Shown piece after piece: positions 50,056 to 63,117 of a DNA stretch of 64,000 nt. Each line of letters starts with the position of its first letter. Within the stretch, counting starts at the first letter, position 1. The stretch comes from Azolla caroliniana (lineage: Eukaryota > Plantae > Polypodiophyta). The notes below the pieces were generated by a model that searched no databases, had not been told where the DNA came from, and saw only the letters and a program-made list of their open reading frames with translations. The stretch covers positions 17,236,001-17,300,000 of the forward strand of contig JBHGNT010000013.1 of assembly GCA_043228905.1 (NCBI GenBank), given 5' to 3'. Made by a program: the position numbers and the translations under genes.

Positions 50056-52583
50056 GTGTTTTAAATTAGGTCAATCACCAATATATGGGTATTTTGTGGT
50101 ATAGGTCACTATAAAAGTGTATTGGTTTCAAGTGGAGCAACAAGGCTTGCATGCTAGCATGCATTGTGAACCTTCATGTTTTTGGTCTATTGGCTCTACC
50201 AACCTTCTATTGGAAAGTAAGGAGCCCTTTGTTGGTATACCATATGAGAAAACCTTCTTCTACAAGAATCATAACACTTTAGAGGATTAATAGTGGATAA
50301 TGGGCGGGCACATCAAAACATAGGGAATAAGGATGTTTGGCTCGAGTTTGATCACGTCAACCCCTAATATTGATGACGACACAAATGAGCATGCCATTAC
50401 CTATGGTGGTCACACTAAATGACGAACACTGAGAATATAGTATGATGAGGATGAAGATGATGTAGTTCTCACTGTTAATGTATCCTAGATAGATGAATCA
50501 ATGATTGACCTAGATAATATCGAGGACATAGAATTGTAACAAATTCCCATTGAAATTACAAAGTTGGAGCGACAAGAGTTTATAAGGAAAATGAAGACAT
50601 CAACATTACTATCAACATATTCTTAAGAAGCACCGCATATACACTACACGAGGGTGACTACAATATAAGTTTAGAAAGGTAAATTGCATGGGTATAGGCT
50701 ATAGCAAATACAAACATTTACATTATTACAATATTTGGATATCACATTACTAACATTGGGAGGGTATGACGGGGGAACTCTATGTGAAAGCAACAAGATA
50801 TTGCTTTTAGGGGGGTTTGATTCCCCTAAGGTTCGTTTAAATATTAATTACTAAATGGTATATTGTTATTAAGAAACTAATTATATTTAAGTGTCTATAA
50901 CTTAATTATACAATGATACAGAGCATGGATTGTATCACACAATCACATGTGCTGCAAGAGAATCAATACATCCCTTAAGACTATCTTCGTTGATTACTTG
51001 GTCTCGATCTCTCTTTGTAGACCCTCAATGACGAACTTCTTGCAGGTTTTGTCTTGATCTCTAAATTATTAAATGAGGACGTAGCAAATTTAGGCATACT
51101 TTATTGTAAGATTAATAACATATTACAATTATATAAACTTACGTCCAATGGGTCTCCATTCAAGGGAGATATGACTCAATAAAATCATTTAACTTCTTTT
51201 TGAACATCATCCCATCTCCTAAATTAATCATGTCAAGGTTATTATAAATATAACATAGGATTCAGAGAGAACTAACACATGTTTGTGTAGAAATTGATGG
51301 AGTCACATTTTTGGGTTTACCTCGCTCCATATAAGTGAATCCAAGTGGATGGTTTGAGATCATGCTAGAAGTTGGTTGGTTACGACTTCTGGTACATCCT
51401 ATTCAAATAAAACAAGAAAATTTGTGAAATCAATAGTAATAGAAATAATACTAAAGTACGAAAATACAAACCTTTCACCACCCTTGTCCTCTCGAGTGTG
51501 TTTGGTGATATTGTTGAATCGAGCCCTTTTCCATTAAATATGCAAAACATTAGCAAATAATATTAAAATCCATCCAACCAAGTGTTGTGATAATTACATG
51601 AACCTACTTAAAGTTTGCAAATTTAGCTCATGACCGCAATATTGCATGTATAAATGACATTACAAGGATCTCGAGAAGTTATACTAACCACACCTACAAG
51701 TGTTGTTGGTTGATATGCGAATGTTGGTGTTTGTGTCGGTGTTGTCGTGGACGTTGACACTGAAAAAAGAAGTAAACTTATTTGCAATTAACCACATTTT
51801 CAAAGTTGTCGTACTTGAGAGTTTGTAGAAACTCCATCTCCTCTTTAGGTTCCTTCTCAAAAGCCCCAATGCTTTCATTCGATTTCTTGTTACGAACAGG
51901 AGTGTTGGAACGGTTGTTGGTAGATTGTTAGAAGGTATTTTCACATATGTATGTATGTATGTATGTATGAATGTATACATTATGTGGTTCCCGTGTGCAT
52001 GACATCGGAACACATCTATAGATCGATGGAGTTCTTTCTCCCGTTGATATAGGATTTGGAACCACATATACCCTATTGGTTGTGAACTAGGTAGCAATGG
52101 TTGTTGATCGCTCTAGAGCTATTAGACCTTAACTAACCCTAGTGATTAGCGTTTACACCCGCTCTCTCTCTTAATAGAATTAAGTAGTAGAAAAATAAGA
52201 TGAAGAGATAAATAATCTACTTCTTATTATCAAAAGAGGTTTAACACATATACAATAGCGATTAGGGTTTTGTTAATTAGCTCTTAACCCTAATTGTTAA
52301 CCTCAAATAGAAGATTTAAGAGGGGGGAATGAGAGCTCTATTACATCAAGTGAAAGGAGAGACTGAAGAATTTAGAAGAGCAGCTACAAAAGTCACTAGT
52401 TAAATGGTGACTTCTATAGTTTTTTACAAAGGGGTTCAGAGGTCCTTTCACATCAAAGTGCTCATTGCCTAAAAGTTGTTTACTCTATCCCCCTTTCCGC
52501 AATATTGTTGAGCTTGATGTCCCTTGTTGGTGTTGCTGTCTTCACAACTTGTGTCTCGAGTGGTAGATATTTAACATGTATGT

Positions 52584-53224
52584 TGTCGTGGAGAAAACCG
52601 TCCCTAGAAGGAATTGGTGAATAGTGTGCGTGAACCGGCCCTTACATGCGGGCACATGTTTTGATGTATTGAACATAGTTAGGCGATGTGAATATCCTAG
52701 GTAGCGCGTATTCATTAGGTAGGGAATCAAGGGGTATCTCTGTCCGAAAGGACAAAGAATAAAAGTGATGTAATAGATTGTAACGTCCCTCTCTCCTTGG
52801 GCTATAAAAGGAGAGGAAAAGGGACTAAGTGGGGATCGCGTTCTGTCGAGGACGAAGTGCTGTCGGACCGGGACTGAGCTCTTCTCCTCTGTCTTTCTCT
52901 GTTGTTGCTCTCTGTAGGTTTTTGGGAGGCTGCCTCTGCTTCGTGGAAAGCCTGAGTGCTTCCGGCAGAGTCTCCATCTCACGTTTCTGTGTGTGCGTGT
53001 GAGTGTTAGAGCGTTGTCGCTCACCGGCTTGCCGGTTGTAACCCTAATATATATATTTGTCTTGTTTTTCGTTGTCGAATAAGTTGCGAGCTCTGTGTAT
53101 TTGAGAGTGTTTGTGGCTCGGCCATTGTTTCCTGCGTCGCTCCTCCCTCTGTTTGGTTATTCCTCGATTCAAGGCCCTTGTGGTCCCGCCTTAGTCTCTC
53201 CCGCGCAAGCGGAACAACACGACA
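52584..53224 (+). mobile_element. 5' LTR (641 bp) of a Ty3/Gypsy element
   Basis: TIR TGTCGTG...CACGACA; CTATAAAAG at 52802; followed by a PBS. Confidence 0.85.
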
Positions 53225-53229
53225 TTATT

Positions 53230-53247
53230 TGGTGAACCCAATGTGAA
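53230..53247 (+). promoter_or_regulatory. Primer-binding site complementary to tRNA-Trp
   Basis: TGGTGAACCCAATGTGAA versus the plant tRNA-Trp 3' complement TGGTGAACCCGACGTGAA (recalled sequence). Both mismatches are CpG-type transitions. Confidence 0.8.
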
Positions 53248-53270
53248 ACAAGGCGGCAGAGGAATCGAAG

Positions 53271-55078
53271 ATGAGGGGATCAGAGCTCGCCGAAGCCATG
53301 GTGGCAACAATCAATCGGATAGTAAGTGCTCGCGAGGGCACGAGCACCCTCGATAGGGCCATTGAAGCAATTGTCGGCACAATAGGCCAGTTCGATGGGA
53401 AGGACGCCACGAGTTATTTGGTGGCCTACCGAGCCGAAATGGTGATGAGGGACATCCCAGAGGAAAGGCATCTGGCTGGGTTCCCTCGGGTGGCGACACC
53501 GGGCATCCACACAAAGGTGCTCGAGGTGCAGGCTGGATGCTGAACCTGGGGAGAATTCGAAGCGCGGCTCCTCGAATGGTACGAGCTTGATGACATGCTT
53601 CAATTATCGAAGCGGGACTTCATGGATTGGATGGAGACCCCCGAAAAGGGGAGGAATTCGTCCGCGCTTCTCCGGGAGTTTGAAGAACGCTTCACGCGTC
53701 TTTCAGCACTAGACAGGACCGTATTGGACACGAGCCATGTCCTTTTATTCGTCAAAGCTGTGGATGCGTGGGATCGGGAGCAAGTGGGTCTCCTGCTGGA
53801 GACAGACGATGGGCTAACGGTCGACTGGGTTGTGGTAAAAGGGGTTTGCGGGCATTTTGACAAAAGGCGTGAGTGGGCCGACAAGGGCTCATCGGGGGCA
53901 GGAGCGGATGCGGCAAGAAAGCTCGAGGGACCCTCGCCGGTGCGAAGGGAGGAAACCTGGGATTGGCTTGATACAGGCTCGACTTCGACCAACGTGGTCA
54001 AGGGGCCGTCCGGGGGAGCGGCTCTGGAAGAGCTGACGTAGATGGTACAAGACCTCAAGATTGCACATGCAAGGAGGGATGGCTGGGAGCAGCCTCGCGA
54101 CCGAAGGCCTCCGGGTGGGCATCAATGCTTGTGGTGTGACGCGGTCGGTCACGTCCGGAAGGACCGCGTGGACTTTGCAGAAGTGATAAGGGCTAACGTG
54201 GTGTACCTGTGGAATGGGCAAGTGCACGCTAGCAAAACCCGGAGAGCCCTAAAGCTGAATATCGGATGAGGAGGAATGAAAAGGTTGATGGAAGAAGCGG
54301 CGACGCGCCATGCAGAGACCATCCACTACTTGGCGTCGTCAGGGATCCGGGTTGGAAGCGACGAAGGCTGGAAGACGAAGGACTCCGGGTTCTGGCCGTT
54401 TGTGCTAGAAGGCCTCGCTGGTGTGCGATTGAGGAAGGAGGAAGCAGACCGCGCGGAAAGACGGGTTCGGGAGGTCACCGGGTGGAGCGATCCGGTCGAG
54501 GAAAAGACTGGCTTCGTGGAAGTCGCGTGCCAAAACTACGAGGTTCTGGTAGAAGACAAGCGTGTGGGGAGGGCCGGAGGGGCTGGACCCTCGCAGTGGT
54601 ATGAGACCCGGTTCGGGCCAAAGAGGAATGAAGCCGGCAATTCCGGCATGGTAGACAAAGCAAGGCCGACCGGTTACCGTCTGGGCACCAAAATAGAAAG
54701 GATGACGGACCTGCGGAAGGTCCTCGAGGAGTGGATTCTCGACAGCAAGGTGGAGTTGTCGCTGAGGGAGGTGCTTGGGATTGCCAAGAAGGAGTTCCAC
54801 GATTCCATCGTGGACCTGGTGAAGCGTAAACGGCTCTCGACGGAGCCGGAGCCGGAGAAGCCGGTGGAGGTGCGAACGACGCACCAAGAAGACATGGCCT
54901 TGGAAGACGAGTTGGCGAAAAGCCACTATTCGAAGCTGTATTGGGCAAGAGCCACTACGGAGACCCCGGTTCGGATAAGAGACGTCCAGGAGCCGGTGGT
55001 GGCGTTGGTAGACCACGGTTCGGAGATCAACCAGATGGACGTCTACAAGAAGGGCAAGTGGCCGATCAACACCACCGG
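53271..55078 (+). mobile_element. Ty3/Gypsy gag-protease with in-frame stops, truncated
   Basis: Gag QFDGKDATSYL, zinc knuckle CLWCDAVGHVRKD and protease ALVDHGSEIN, all downstream of the LTR and PBS. Confidence 0.8.
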
Positions 55079-55931
55079 CAAGTGTAATCAATCACCGACA
55101 AGTCGCGTTGTCGTAAGTTGCTCAGCTCCTGTCGGAGTTGAAGCTTCCTGGCTGTGGTGCTTGCGGCGAAAATCTTCTTTAGATTTCCCCAAGCATCCTT
55201 TGGCGTTTTTGCATCCTGAATATAGCTCAAAAGCTGTTCGCCCACACAAGACGCGAATTAGTACAGTACTCTGCTTGCAAACTGTTCCCACACTGGGAAA
55301 TCTCTGTGTGTTGATTCGGGTGCTGTGTCATTTGCTCCGTCGACATAGCTCCAGTAACTGTGCCCGAGCGGGTACTGGTGCATCTTGTAGGACCAAGATG
55401 CATAATTGTTTCTGTCGAGCTTCTCAGTAGGAAGCGAGCTAGCCATGCCTCTATCCATTTTGTTTTTCCTGTTCTTCTTGGTTGGTTTTCTTTTCAAGCT
55501 ATGTCAGCTACAGAGGTTCTCAACCCTCGCACTCTGATACCATGTAAAAGAATAGCGTGCGTATGCAGTGGAAAACCGAAAACAGAAACACAGGTTTAAT
55601 GGAGAGCTTAGAACATACATAATACGTAGGAGAGACAGAGAGAGGGAGCACACAGAAACTCAATTCAAAATATTACTCAGTCTGTACATCGTATGTGTTC
55701 AGTGAACACTTTTATACAAGTCCATACGGATTGACAGAAGTACAATGTACTTCAATGCTCACACGAGCGTCTGACACTAACTATGAGATATTAACTCCCT
55801 AGTAGACTAGCTGCTACTTGGCGTCCGGTTACTGCTTGATCCAGCTAACCGGCTCACCAGCTCACCGGCTCACCGATCCGGCTCATCCTTTCGAATGCCG
55901 ATCCGGATCCGGTTGAGCTTGCCGCTCAACA
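55079..55931 (-). mobile_element. Ty1/Copia 5' end: LTR 55543-55931, tRNA-iMet PBS, truncated gag
   Basis: On minus, TGTTGAG...TTTTACA is followed immediately by TGGTATCAGAG; gag EKLDRNNYASWSYKMHQY...AKTPKDAWGNLKKIF. Confidence 0.9.
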
Positions 55932-58900
55932 GATTCTTTAAGAAGTTCTGAGATGAAGTGATGTCGTGCTCGGATATGCTTGTTTTGCTCTGTGATCTTT
56001 GGGTCCTTAGTGATTTTGATGCAAGATTGATTGTCACACCATAACTTGAATTCAGAGATTTTGAGGATGGCTAGTTCATCAATGATGGAATTCAACCATA
56101 ATCCTTCCTTGGTAGTGAGAGTAGCTGCTATGTATTCTGCTTTAGTGGAAGAGAGGGCGACGATAGCCTATTTCTTTGTTCGCCATGAAATGGCACCACC
56201 TGCAAATAGGAATACATAGCCAGAGGTGGATCAAGAGGTATCCATGCCCCCCCCCCCCCCCAAATCTGCATCCGTCCAACCATGTAGTGGTGTAGATAGC
56301 CAAGCTTGGATATTTGAATGTTGGGCTTTAGAGTATGATGTGTAAGTAAGTGTCATATCCCTTGTGTACTTTAGATACCCTAATACTCTTTTAAGTGCTT
56401 TCCAATGGTTAACTCTTGGATTCTCCATGAATCTCGATAGATATCCAATGGCAAAAGATAAGTCAGTTCGAGTGAAGCTGACGAGGTATCGAATGCTCCC
56501 CAACACTTGGCGATATGGGATATTCTTCATAAAGTAAGTTTCTTCACTTGTATGCGGTGAATCTTCAGATGATAATTTGCATGGTACTATGAGGGGAGTG
56601 GAGATTGGAGAACACTCAAACATATCAAACTTGGTTAGTATATTATCAACAAAGTTTTCTTGTGATAGGGAGAGTGTACCTAGAGTTCAATTCCATTTTA
56701 CATGAATCCCAAGAAAATGTTCTAGTGGCCCAAGATGTCTGATAGGGAATTGTTGTCGTAACTCTACAATAAATTCCATCACCAAGTCTTCCAATGTCCC
56801 AACAAGAGTAAGAATTCTGTTTTTGTTTTCCTTATATATAGATTAGGTTCCGACTGAAGTTGTTGAAATTTGATTGATAAGAGGAACCTATGAAACTTGG
56901 CATACCATTGTCTAGGGGATTGTTTTAGGCCATATAGAGGTTTGTTAAGTTTACACACATAATTAGGGTCTATATTATTATCTAACATTTGGGGTTGTTC
57001 CATATATATATCTTCTTCTAAATCACCATGTAAAAACGTCGTTTCAACATCAACATGGTGAAGTTCAAGATTTAAATATGCCGTAATGGCAAGAATCAAT
57101 TAGAGTGTTGTGATTTTTAGAGTGGGTGAAAAAGTTTCATGGTAGTTCACACCTGGTATTTGTGAGAATCCTTGAGCTACTAATCTCGCTTTGAACCTCA
57201 CAGGAGTACCGAGGGCATCATATTTCTTCGTAAAAAGCCACTCCGCGGTACTAATGTCCATGTGATTCTTTTGGAGTGCTGAGAATTTAGATTTAATAGC
57301 TGCAACCCAATGTTCTTTTTCTTTACTTTTTAATGCTTGCTTGAAGGTGTGAATTGGGGCCGTGTCATAGTTGTCTCCTTCGATGATGGCTGAAAAGATG
57401 GATATGTCGGACTCCATCTCTGTTACGAAGTGACATGTCGACTTTTCAAGCACCTCGTCCTTAGTTGCATCATAGATATCACGAAGTAACCTTACCTTAG
57501 TCTTTTTAGCCCTAATTTCTTTGTCTTTTAAGGTTGTTTTGGAGAGGTTGCAGGTTTTTAGGCGGTCGAGATCCATATTCTCAGATATGGAGCTTTGTTT
57601 TCTTGCAATCGTGGAGGATGCACAGGGTTGCATGCGGTTGCCGCTTGTATGCTCAGGTTTGAGGCTTCGAGTAATAGATTGGGCAACGGACTGATCATTG
57701 ATTTCGAGGCTTCGGTCATACACTTGTTCACCTTTAGGGCTCTGAGCATCAGATCGGCCAATAAATTGACTACCAGTTTTGAGATTACGAGGATACGCTG
57801 AGGAGGTGTAGGGTTGTAGGTGACTTGAACTTGTATGTTCAGATTCACGATTTCGACATCCGGATGTTGAGGAAGAGGTGTTGGGTTGTTGGTGGCACAC
57901 AAGCACATCCTCGGGCTCAAAACTTCGAGTGACTAATTTGATGGCCATGGGCTTGGTGGCAGTCTTGGTAGTGGAGGTTACCAACCCCTCATCTTGAATG
58001 GTTAAGGTCTGAGAATGAGGTAATTGATTGAGTTTCTTACCTTTGTTTTCTGTTGCATTAGTTGTTGGTACACCATGATTGTTGTGTTGATGGTGTTCGT
58101 CCCATAGTTTTGTTGTTGCCCGTCATTTGGATTTGTTTGGTGTCGATCCATATGTCATAATCTTCGTAGAATTTGACTCTTTGTGTGTTTTCCTTTATAA
58201 TTATATTGTAGAGGCTCGAATTTGTGTATGTAAGATGCACTAGATTGTGTTGATAGTAGCGGGTTTGTAGAAGGGGATGTTGTAATTTGATTGTCACTAG
58301 TTGTCATGTGTTCATTTGGTGAGTTTTCTGATGTTGTCCTATCATGTTCAGATTCCGTTGCTACTACTTGAGGGAGTCTTAACTTTGTGATTTCCTTGGT
58401 AAGGTGTCCACTCCCGGGTTCTTTCATTACATACGATGATCTAGAAAATAGACTTTTCTCATCAAACTCCACAAATAGACTAAAAATTATTTTACCTGTA
58501 TCCGAAAGGTAAATTTTGTATGCTTTTACTCCTGGACCATATGGCTCCCCATATCCAATAAGTTTTCCTTTGATGCATCGATCCTCAAGTTTTGTCCTCT
58601 TGGCAGGTTGTATGTATGCAAATGCGGTCGCTCCAAATACTTGAAGATGTGATATTGTAGGTGGGTACCCATACCACATGGTGTATGGCTCTTGTCCTTC
58701 TATACCTTGGTGAGGAGTTCTATTTTGTAGGTAACACGTTGTGGCTGCTGCTTCTTCCTAGAATCTTGAGGCCATTCCACTCGTCTTCATCATACTCCTA
58801 GCTGCATTTAATAAGGTGCGATTCTTTCTATTGGCTATCCCATTTTGTTGAGGTGTGTAGACAATTGACTTTTGATGAAATATACCATTTTTTTCGTTAA

Positions 58901-59282
58901 AGGCCTCCCACTCTTGTGAAACAAACTCCCCACCATTGTCACTTCTTATTACTTTCACTTTAAGTTGTGTTTGATTTTCAACAAAGCTCTTATATGCACA
59001 AAATGCTTTGAGTGCATTTCCCTTTTGTTTAAGAGAGTGAGTTGGGAGTTATCGGTCCACATACATCCAGGTGAACAAGTTGAAGTATTTCCTTTGTCTT
59101 TGAGCTACTTAGTGGGAATGATTTTTGAGCCATTTTCCCGTACATGTATTCTTCACAAATATCAATAGATTTAAAAATTGTGGAAGGTAAACCTCTTACC
59201 AAGTTCTGATTTTGACACAACGTGAGTGTTGGTGTATGTAGATGACCGAACCGATAGTGCCATAGATATATGGGACACACAT
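55932..59282 (-). mobile_element. Ty1/Copia pol (INT-RT-RH), decayed, cut at both ends by insertions
   Basis: LWHYRFGHL, LVHLDVCGP, RSDNGGEF, FKARLVAQGFSQIPG, LYGLKQSPRQW, GWTDAD and LWCDNQS. Confidence 0.9.
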
Positions 59283-59727
59283 TGTCATGAATAGTACTAA
59301 GCAGAGATGGAATTAGTACTAAAGAAGAGCAGTACTATTAGTACTAAGAGGACGGGACTACGTAAGACTCCCGAGAGAGAGAGAGAGAGAGAAGCGAAAA
59401 GAGAGATAGCGAGGATGAGAGAGAGAGAGAGATGATGATAACAACCAATATATTATGTGAAGGATAAGTACAAAATGGCTAAGAGGCTTAAGACTGGCAT
59501 TGAACCAATTTGGTTCAAAACAATGCCTTGTGCCTCCTTTTATAGTGTTTTTAGGAATAATCCTGAAGCTTCTAGAATGTTCTAGAGAGATCTGGAATAT
59601 ACATCAATTTTCTATGATAAAGCATAAATGAAAATAATATCCTACAAATTACAATTCATAGTCTAATGGTAAGAGCTCGACCCATGTAGCATAAGGTCAT
59701 GGGTTCGAGTCTTGCCATATCATGACA
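59283..59727 (-). mobile_element. 3' LTR (445 bp) of the chromovirus
   Basis: Perfect 8-bp TIR TGTCATGA/TCATGACA; PPT AGGGGGAGA at 59731-59739 on minus; minus-strand TATA CTATAAAAG near 59545. Confidence 0.9.
59652..59720 (+). promoter_or_regulatory. tRNA-like Pol III type-2 internal promoter (A/B box) in LTR U3
   Basis: A-box TAGTCTAATGG at 59659, variable-loop AGGTC at 59694 and B-box GGTTCGAGTC at 59702; A to B spacing is 43 nt. Confidence 0.7.
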
Positions 59728-59738
59728 CTATCTCCCCC

Positions 59739-62700
59739 TTAAAGACGACGAGTGGAACGAGTCGGCGCTAATTGCGGGCCGGGTTTGTCCGGATACTTTG
59801 GTTGGAAATCAGCAAGAAGATCCTGTGCATTGGCAACATGCTCGACGGGTTCCCAAGTACGTTCGCTCGGACTATAACCGAGCCAATCGACCAAGTAATA
59901 AAGTTTGTTGCGAACAAGTTTGGAATCAAGGATGGCAACAACTTCATACTCCGGGCCGGCGTCCAACTCCAGTGGGGGCGGCGGTGGTGTCACACGATCG
60001 GGAATGGTGTTTGCTTTATAAGGTTCAAGAAGAGAACAATGGAAAACCGGATGTATTTGAAGCTGCGGAGGGAGATCAAGGCGGAATGTGACATCATTAA
60101 TCTTACCCATAATACGGAAGGGACCGAGTCGTCGATAATCCAACTTGTCGCACGGTCGAGTAGTCTTGATGTGACGACGTAAGAGCCATACTCGATCTCC
60201 GATGGAAAAAGAGGAGGGAATCCGATGACGATCCGCATAAGTATTCTGTGTGTGTTGAGCATGACGAAGGTGAGTAGAGAGATCCATCTGGATCTTGCGT
60301 AGCCTCTCCAAATGATCCTCGGCAATCGACCAAGTAATAAAGTTTGTTGCGAACAAGTTTGGAATCAAGGATGGCAACAACTTCATACTCCGGGCCGGCG
60401 TCCAACTCCAGTGGGGGCGGCGGTGGTGTCACACGATCGGGAATGGTGTTTGCTTTATAAGGTTCAAGAAGAGAACAATGGAAAACCGGATGTATTTGAA
60501 GCTGCGGAGGGAGATCAAGGCGGAATGTGACATCATTAATCTTACCCATAATACGGAAGGGACCGAGTCGTCGATAATCCAACTTGTCGCACGGTCGAGT
60601 AGTCTTGATGTGACGACGTAAGAGTCATACTCGATCTCCGATGGAAAAAGAGGAGGGAATCCGATGACGATCCGCATAAGTATTCTGTGTGTGTTGAGCA
60701 TGACGAAGGTGAGTAGAGAGATCCATCTGGATCTTGCGTAGCCTCTCCAAATGATCCTCGGCACGAGGGTTGGTAGGTAGCTCTGGGGTATCGATCACCG
60801 ACCAGCGAGGATGGAAACCGGTATAAGCGAAAAATGGGGAGACCCGAGTCGAGGAGTGAATAGCATTATTATACGCAAACTCTGCAAAGTGGAGAATCTC
60901 GGCCCAATCGTCCTGTTGATAACTTAGGAAACACCGACGATATTGCTCCAGCGTTTGGTTTGTTCGTTCTGCCTGCCCGTCGGTCTGAGGATGGTAGCCG
61001 GAGGAGAGGTTGCAGGAGACCTTGAGCATCTTGAAGAGATGCTGCCAAAATTTGGAGACAAATTGCGGTCCTCGGTCACTGATAATACTGTCTGGGAGGC
61101 CATGATGCCGAAATACCTCACGCATAACAAGAGAGACGGTTTCCTCGCTAGTGATGGCTTTAGTACACGACACAAAATGTGCCATCTTCATATATCGATC
61201 GACGACAGTTAGGATAGCATCGAACCCCTTCGAGACCGGCAGATCTGTGATAAAATCGAGACAAATAGACTGCCACGACTTACTTGGAATCGGTAAGGGT
61301 TCCAACAAGCCATATGGATGGTGTCGTGGCATCTTTGCTCGGCAGCAAGCATCACAGGTCCGAACGTAGTCGTCGACAAAACGACGCATGTGGGGCCACC
61401 AAAAAGATCGTTGCACTAGCTCCAACGTCTTAGTACGACCGAAATGTCCCGCCGTATGAGTGTCGTGACAATGCTGGACGTTTCGAAGGCGACAGGAGCA
61501 ATCAACGACATATACGCGCTTTTTAAAGAATAACAAACCATCATGATATTCGAATTGTCGGTAGTCAATACCTGGTTGTTGAGACCGAGAACAGGATGCC
61601 CGAGAAGTATCAATGTGCGCCAGGATGTCTTGAGCAAAACTATCCGTCTTCAAGGTTGCATGTATGTCATTGGTAATCCGTGAATCCATCGGGGTGTGAA
61701 AAATCCGCGTCGTGTGCAATCGTGTTGGTCCCAAGATTACTTGCTTTTGATTATCAAATGTTGCGTCACCAGGACGAGGTGCAAGATATGAACGTCGTGA
61801 TAGTGCATCTGCTTTTCGTTGCTGCTTCCCCGATCGATATGTGATTTTGAAGTCGAAACGCGTGAGGAATTGTGCCCACCGAGCTTGCCGTCGATTTAGT
61901 ACGCGAGCGTTCTGAAAATAAGCAAGATTTTTATGATCGCTAAAGACAATGACCTGATGTGGAGAGCTCTCTAAGAAATGCCGCCATTGTACAAATGAAT
62001 CCACGATGGCTAATAACTCCTTGTCATGTATTTCGTAGTTGATTTCTGCGACATCGAATTTGCGCGAATGGAAAGCCACCGGATGCAACTCTTCTTTATC
62101 TCCTTGTTGAGAAAGGATGCTACCGAGGGCGAAATCTGATGCGTCGACCTCCATGATGAATGGTTTGCTTGTATCCACATGAGCTAGAATCGATGCTGAT
62201 GTAAAGGCTTTCTTAAGATGCCGAAAAGCCATATCTGCTTCTATGGACCAAAGAAATGCTTGGCCCTTCTTCGTAAGTTGTGTGAGAGGTAAAATAATCT
62301 TCGAGTAATCCTGTATAAACTTACGGTAGAAGTTAGCAAAACCTAGAAAACATTGTACATCTCGTACCGACCGTGGAATTTGCCGCTCTAGTACAGTTTG
62401 GATTTTAGCTGTATCCATGGCGATGCCCTTTGAGGAGATGACGTAGCCTAGAAATTCCACTTGCTTGCAGTCAAAGCTACATTTTTCTAGCTTGGCATAA
62501 AGACCATTCTCGCGGAGTCGCTTTAGTACTAATAGTACATGAGAATCGTGCTCTTCCTGGGTCTTCGAATAAATCAATAGATCATCCAGATAAATGATCA
62601 AACAGATATCCAAGAGGTCTCTGAATATATCATTTGCCATGTGTTGGAAGACTGCAGGTGCATTGGTTAGGCCAAACGGCATAACAGTATACTCGAAATG

Positions 62701-63117
62701 CCCATACCGCGTGTGAAAGGCGGTCTTCCACTCATCCCCCGGTCGGATCTGCACGAGGTTATACGCTCCTCGTAGATCGATTTTAGTAAAAAACTTGGCA
62801 CCATTAACTCGCTCTAAAAGACTTGATATAAGAGGAAGTGCATACCTATTCCGGATGGTGACTTTATTCAATCCGCGGTAATCAACGACAAGACGAAGTG
62901 AGCCATCTTTCTTCTTGACAAAGAAGATGGGTGCACCGGCCGGAGATTTCGAATGACGGATGAACCCGCTTGCCAAGTTCTCCTCTATGTAGGCTCGAAG
63001 GACTTCTAACTCGGTGGGTGACAAGTTGTAAATTGGTCCCCATGGTGGCTCGGTTCCTGGTTGTAAATCGATGGGACAGTCATAGGGACGGTGATGAGGA
63101 AGGGTACCGGCTTTTAC
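59739..63117 (-). mobile_element. Ty3/Gypsy chromovirus pol (RT-RH-INT-chromodomain), Tcn1-like
   Basis: 841-aa ORF with HRPYDCPIDL, DYRGLN, YLDD, RH EVDASDFA, HHCC and integrase core; C-terminal chromodomain EYEVVAILDS...YLVDWLGYSPSERTWEP. Confidence 0.93.
59884..60761. repeat. Near-perfect 439-bp tandem duplication
   Basis: Copies at 59884-60322 and 60323-60761; the only difference seen is C60186 versus T60625. Confidence 0.95.

Noticed and set aside
45400-52100. Short ORFs and exon-like fragments (e.g. 48975-49202, 51320-51400)
   Set aside because: No recognisable domain or consistent splice chain.
52102-52525. Possible additional LTR-like insertion
   Set aside because: Shares only short motifs with the solo-LTR family; no clear TG..CA ends or TSD.
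54276-55430. 384-aa ORF as one protein
   Set aside because: The C-terminal part is antisense read-through into a Copia gag across the junction near 55079.
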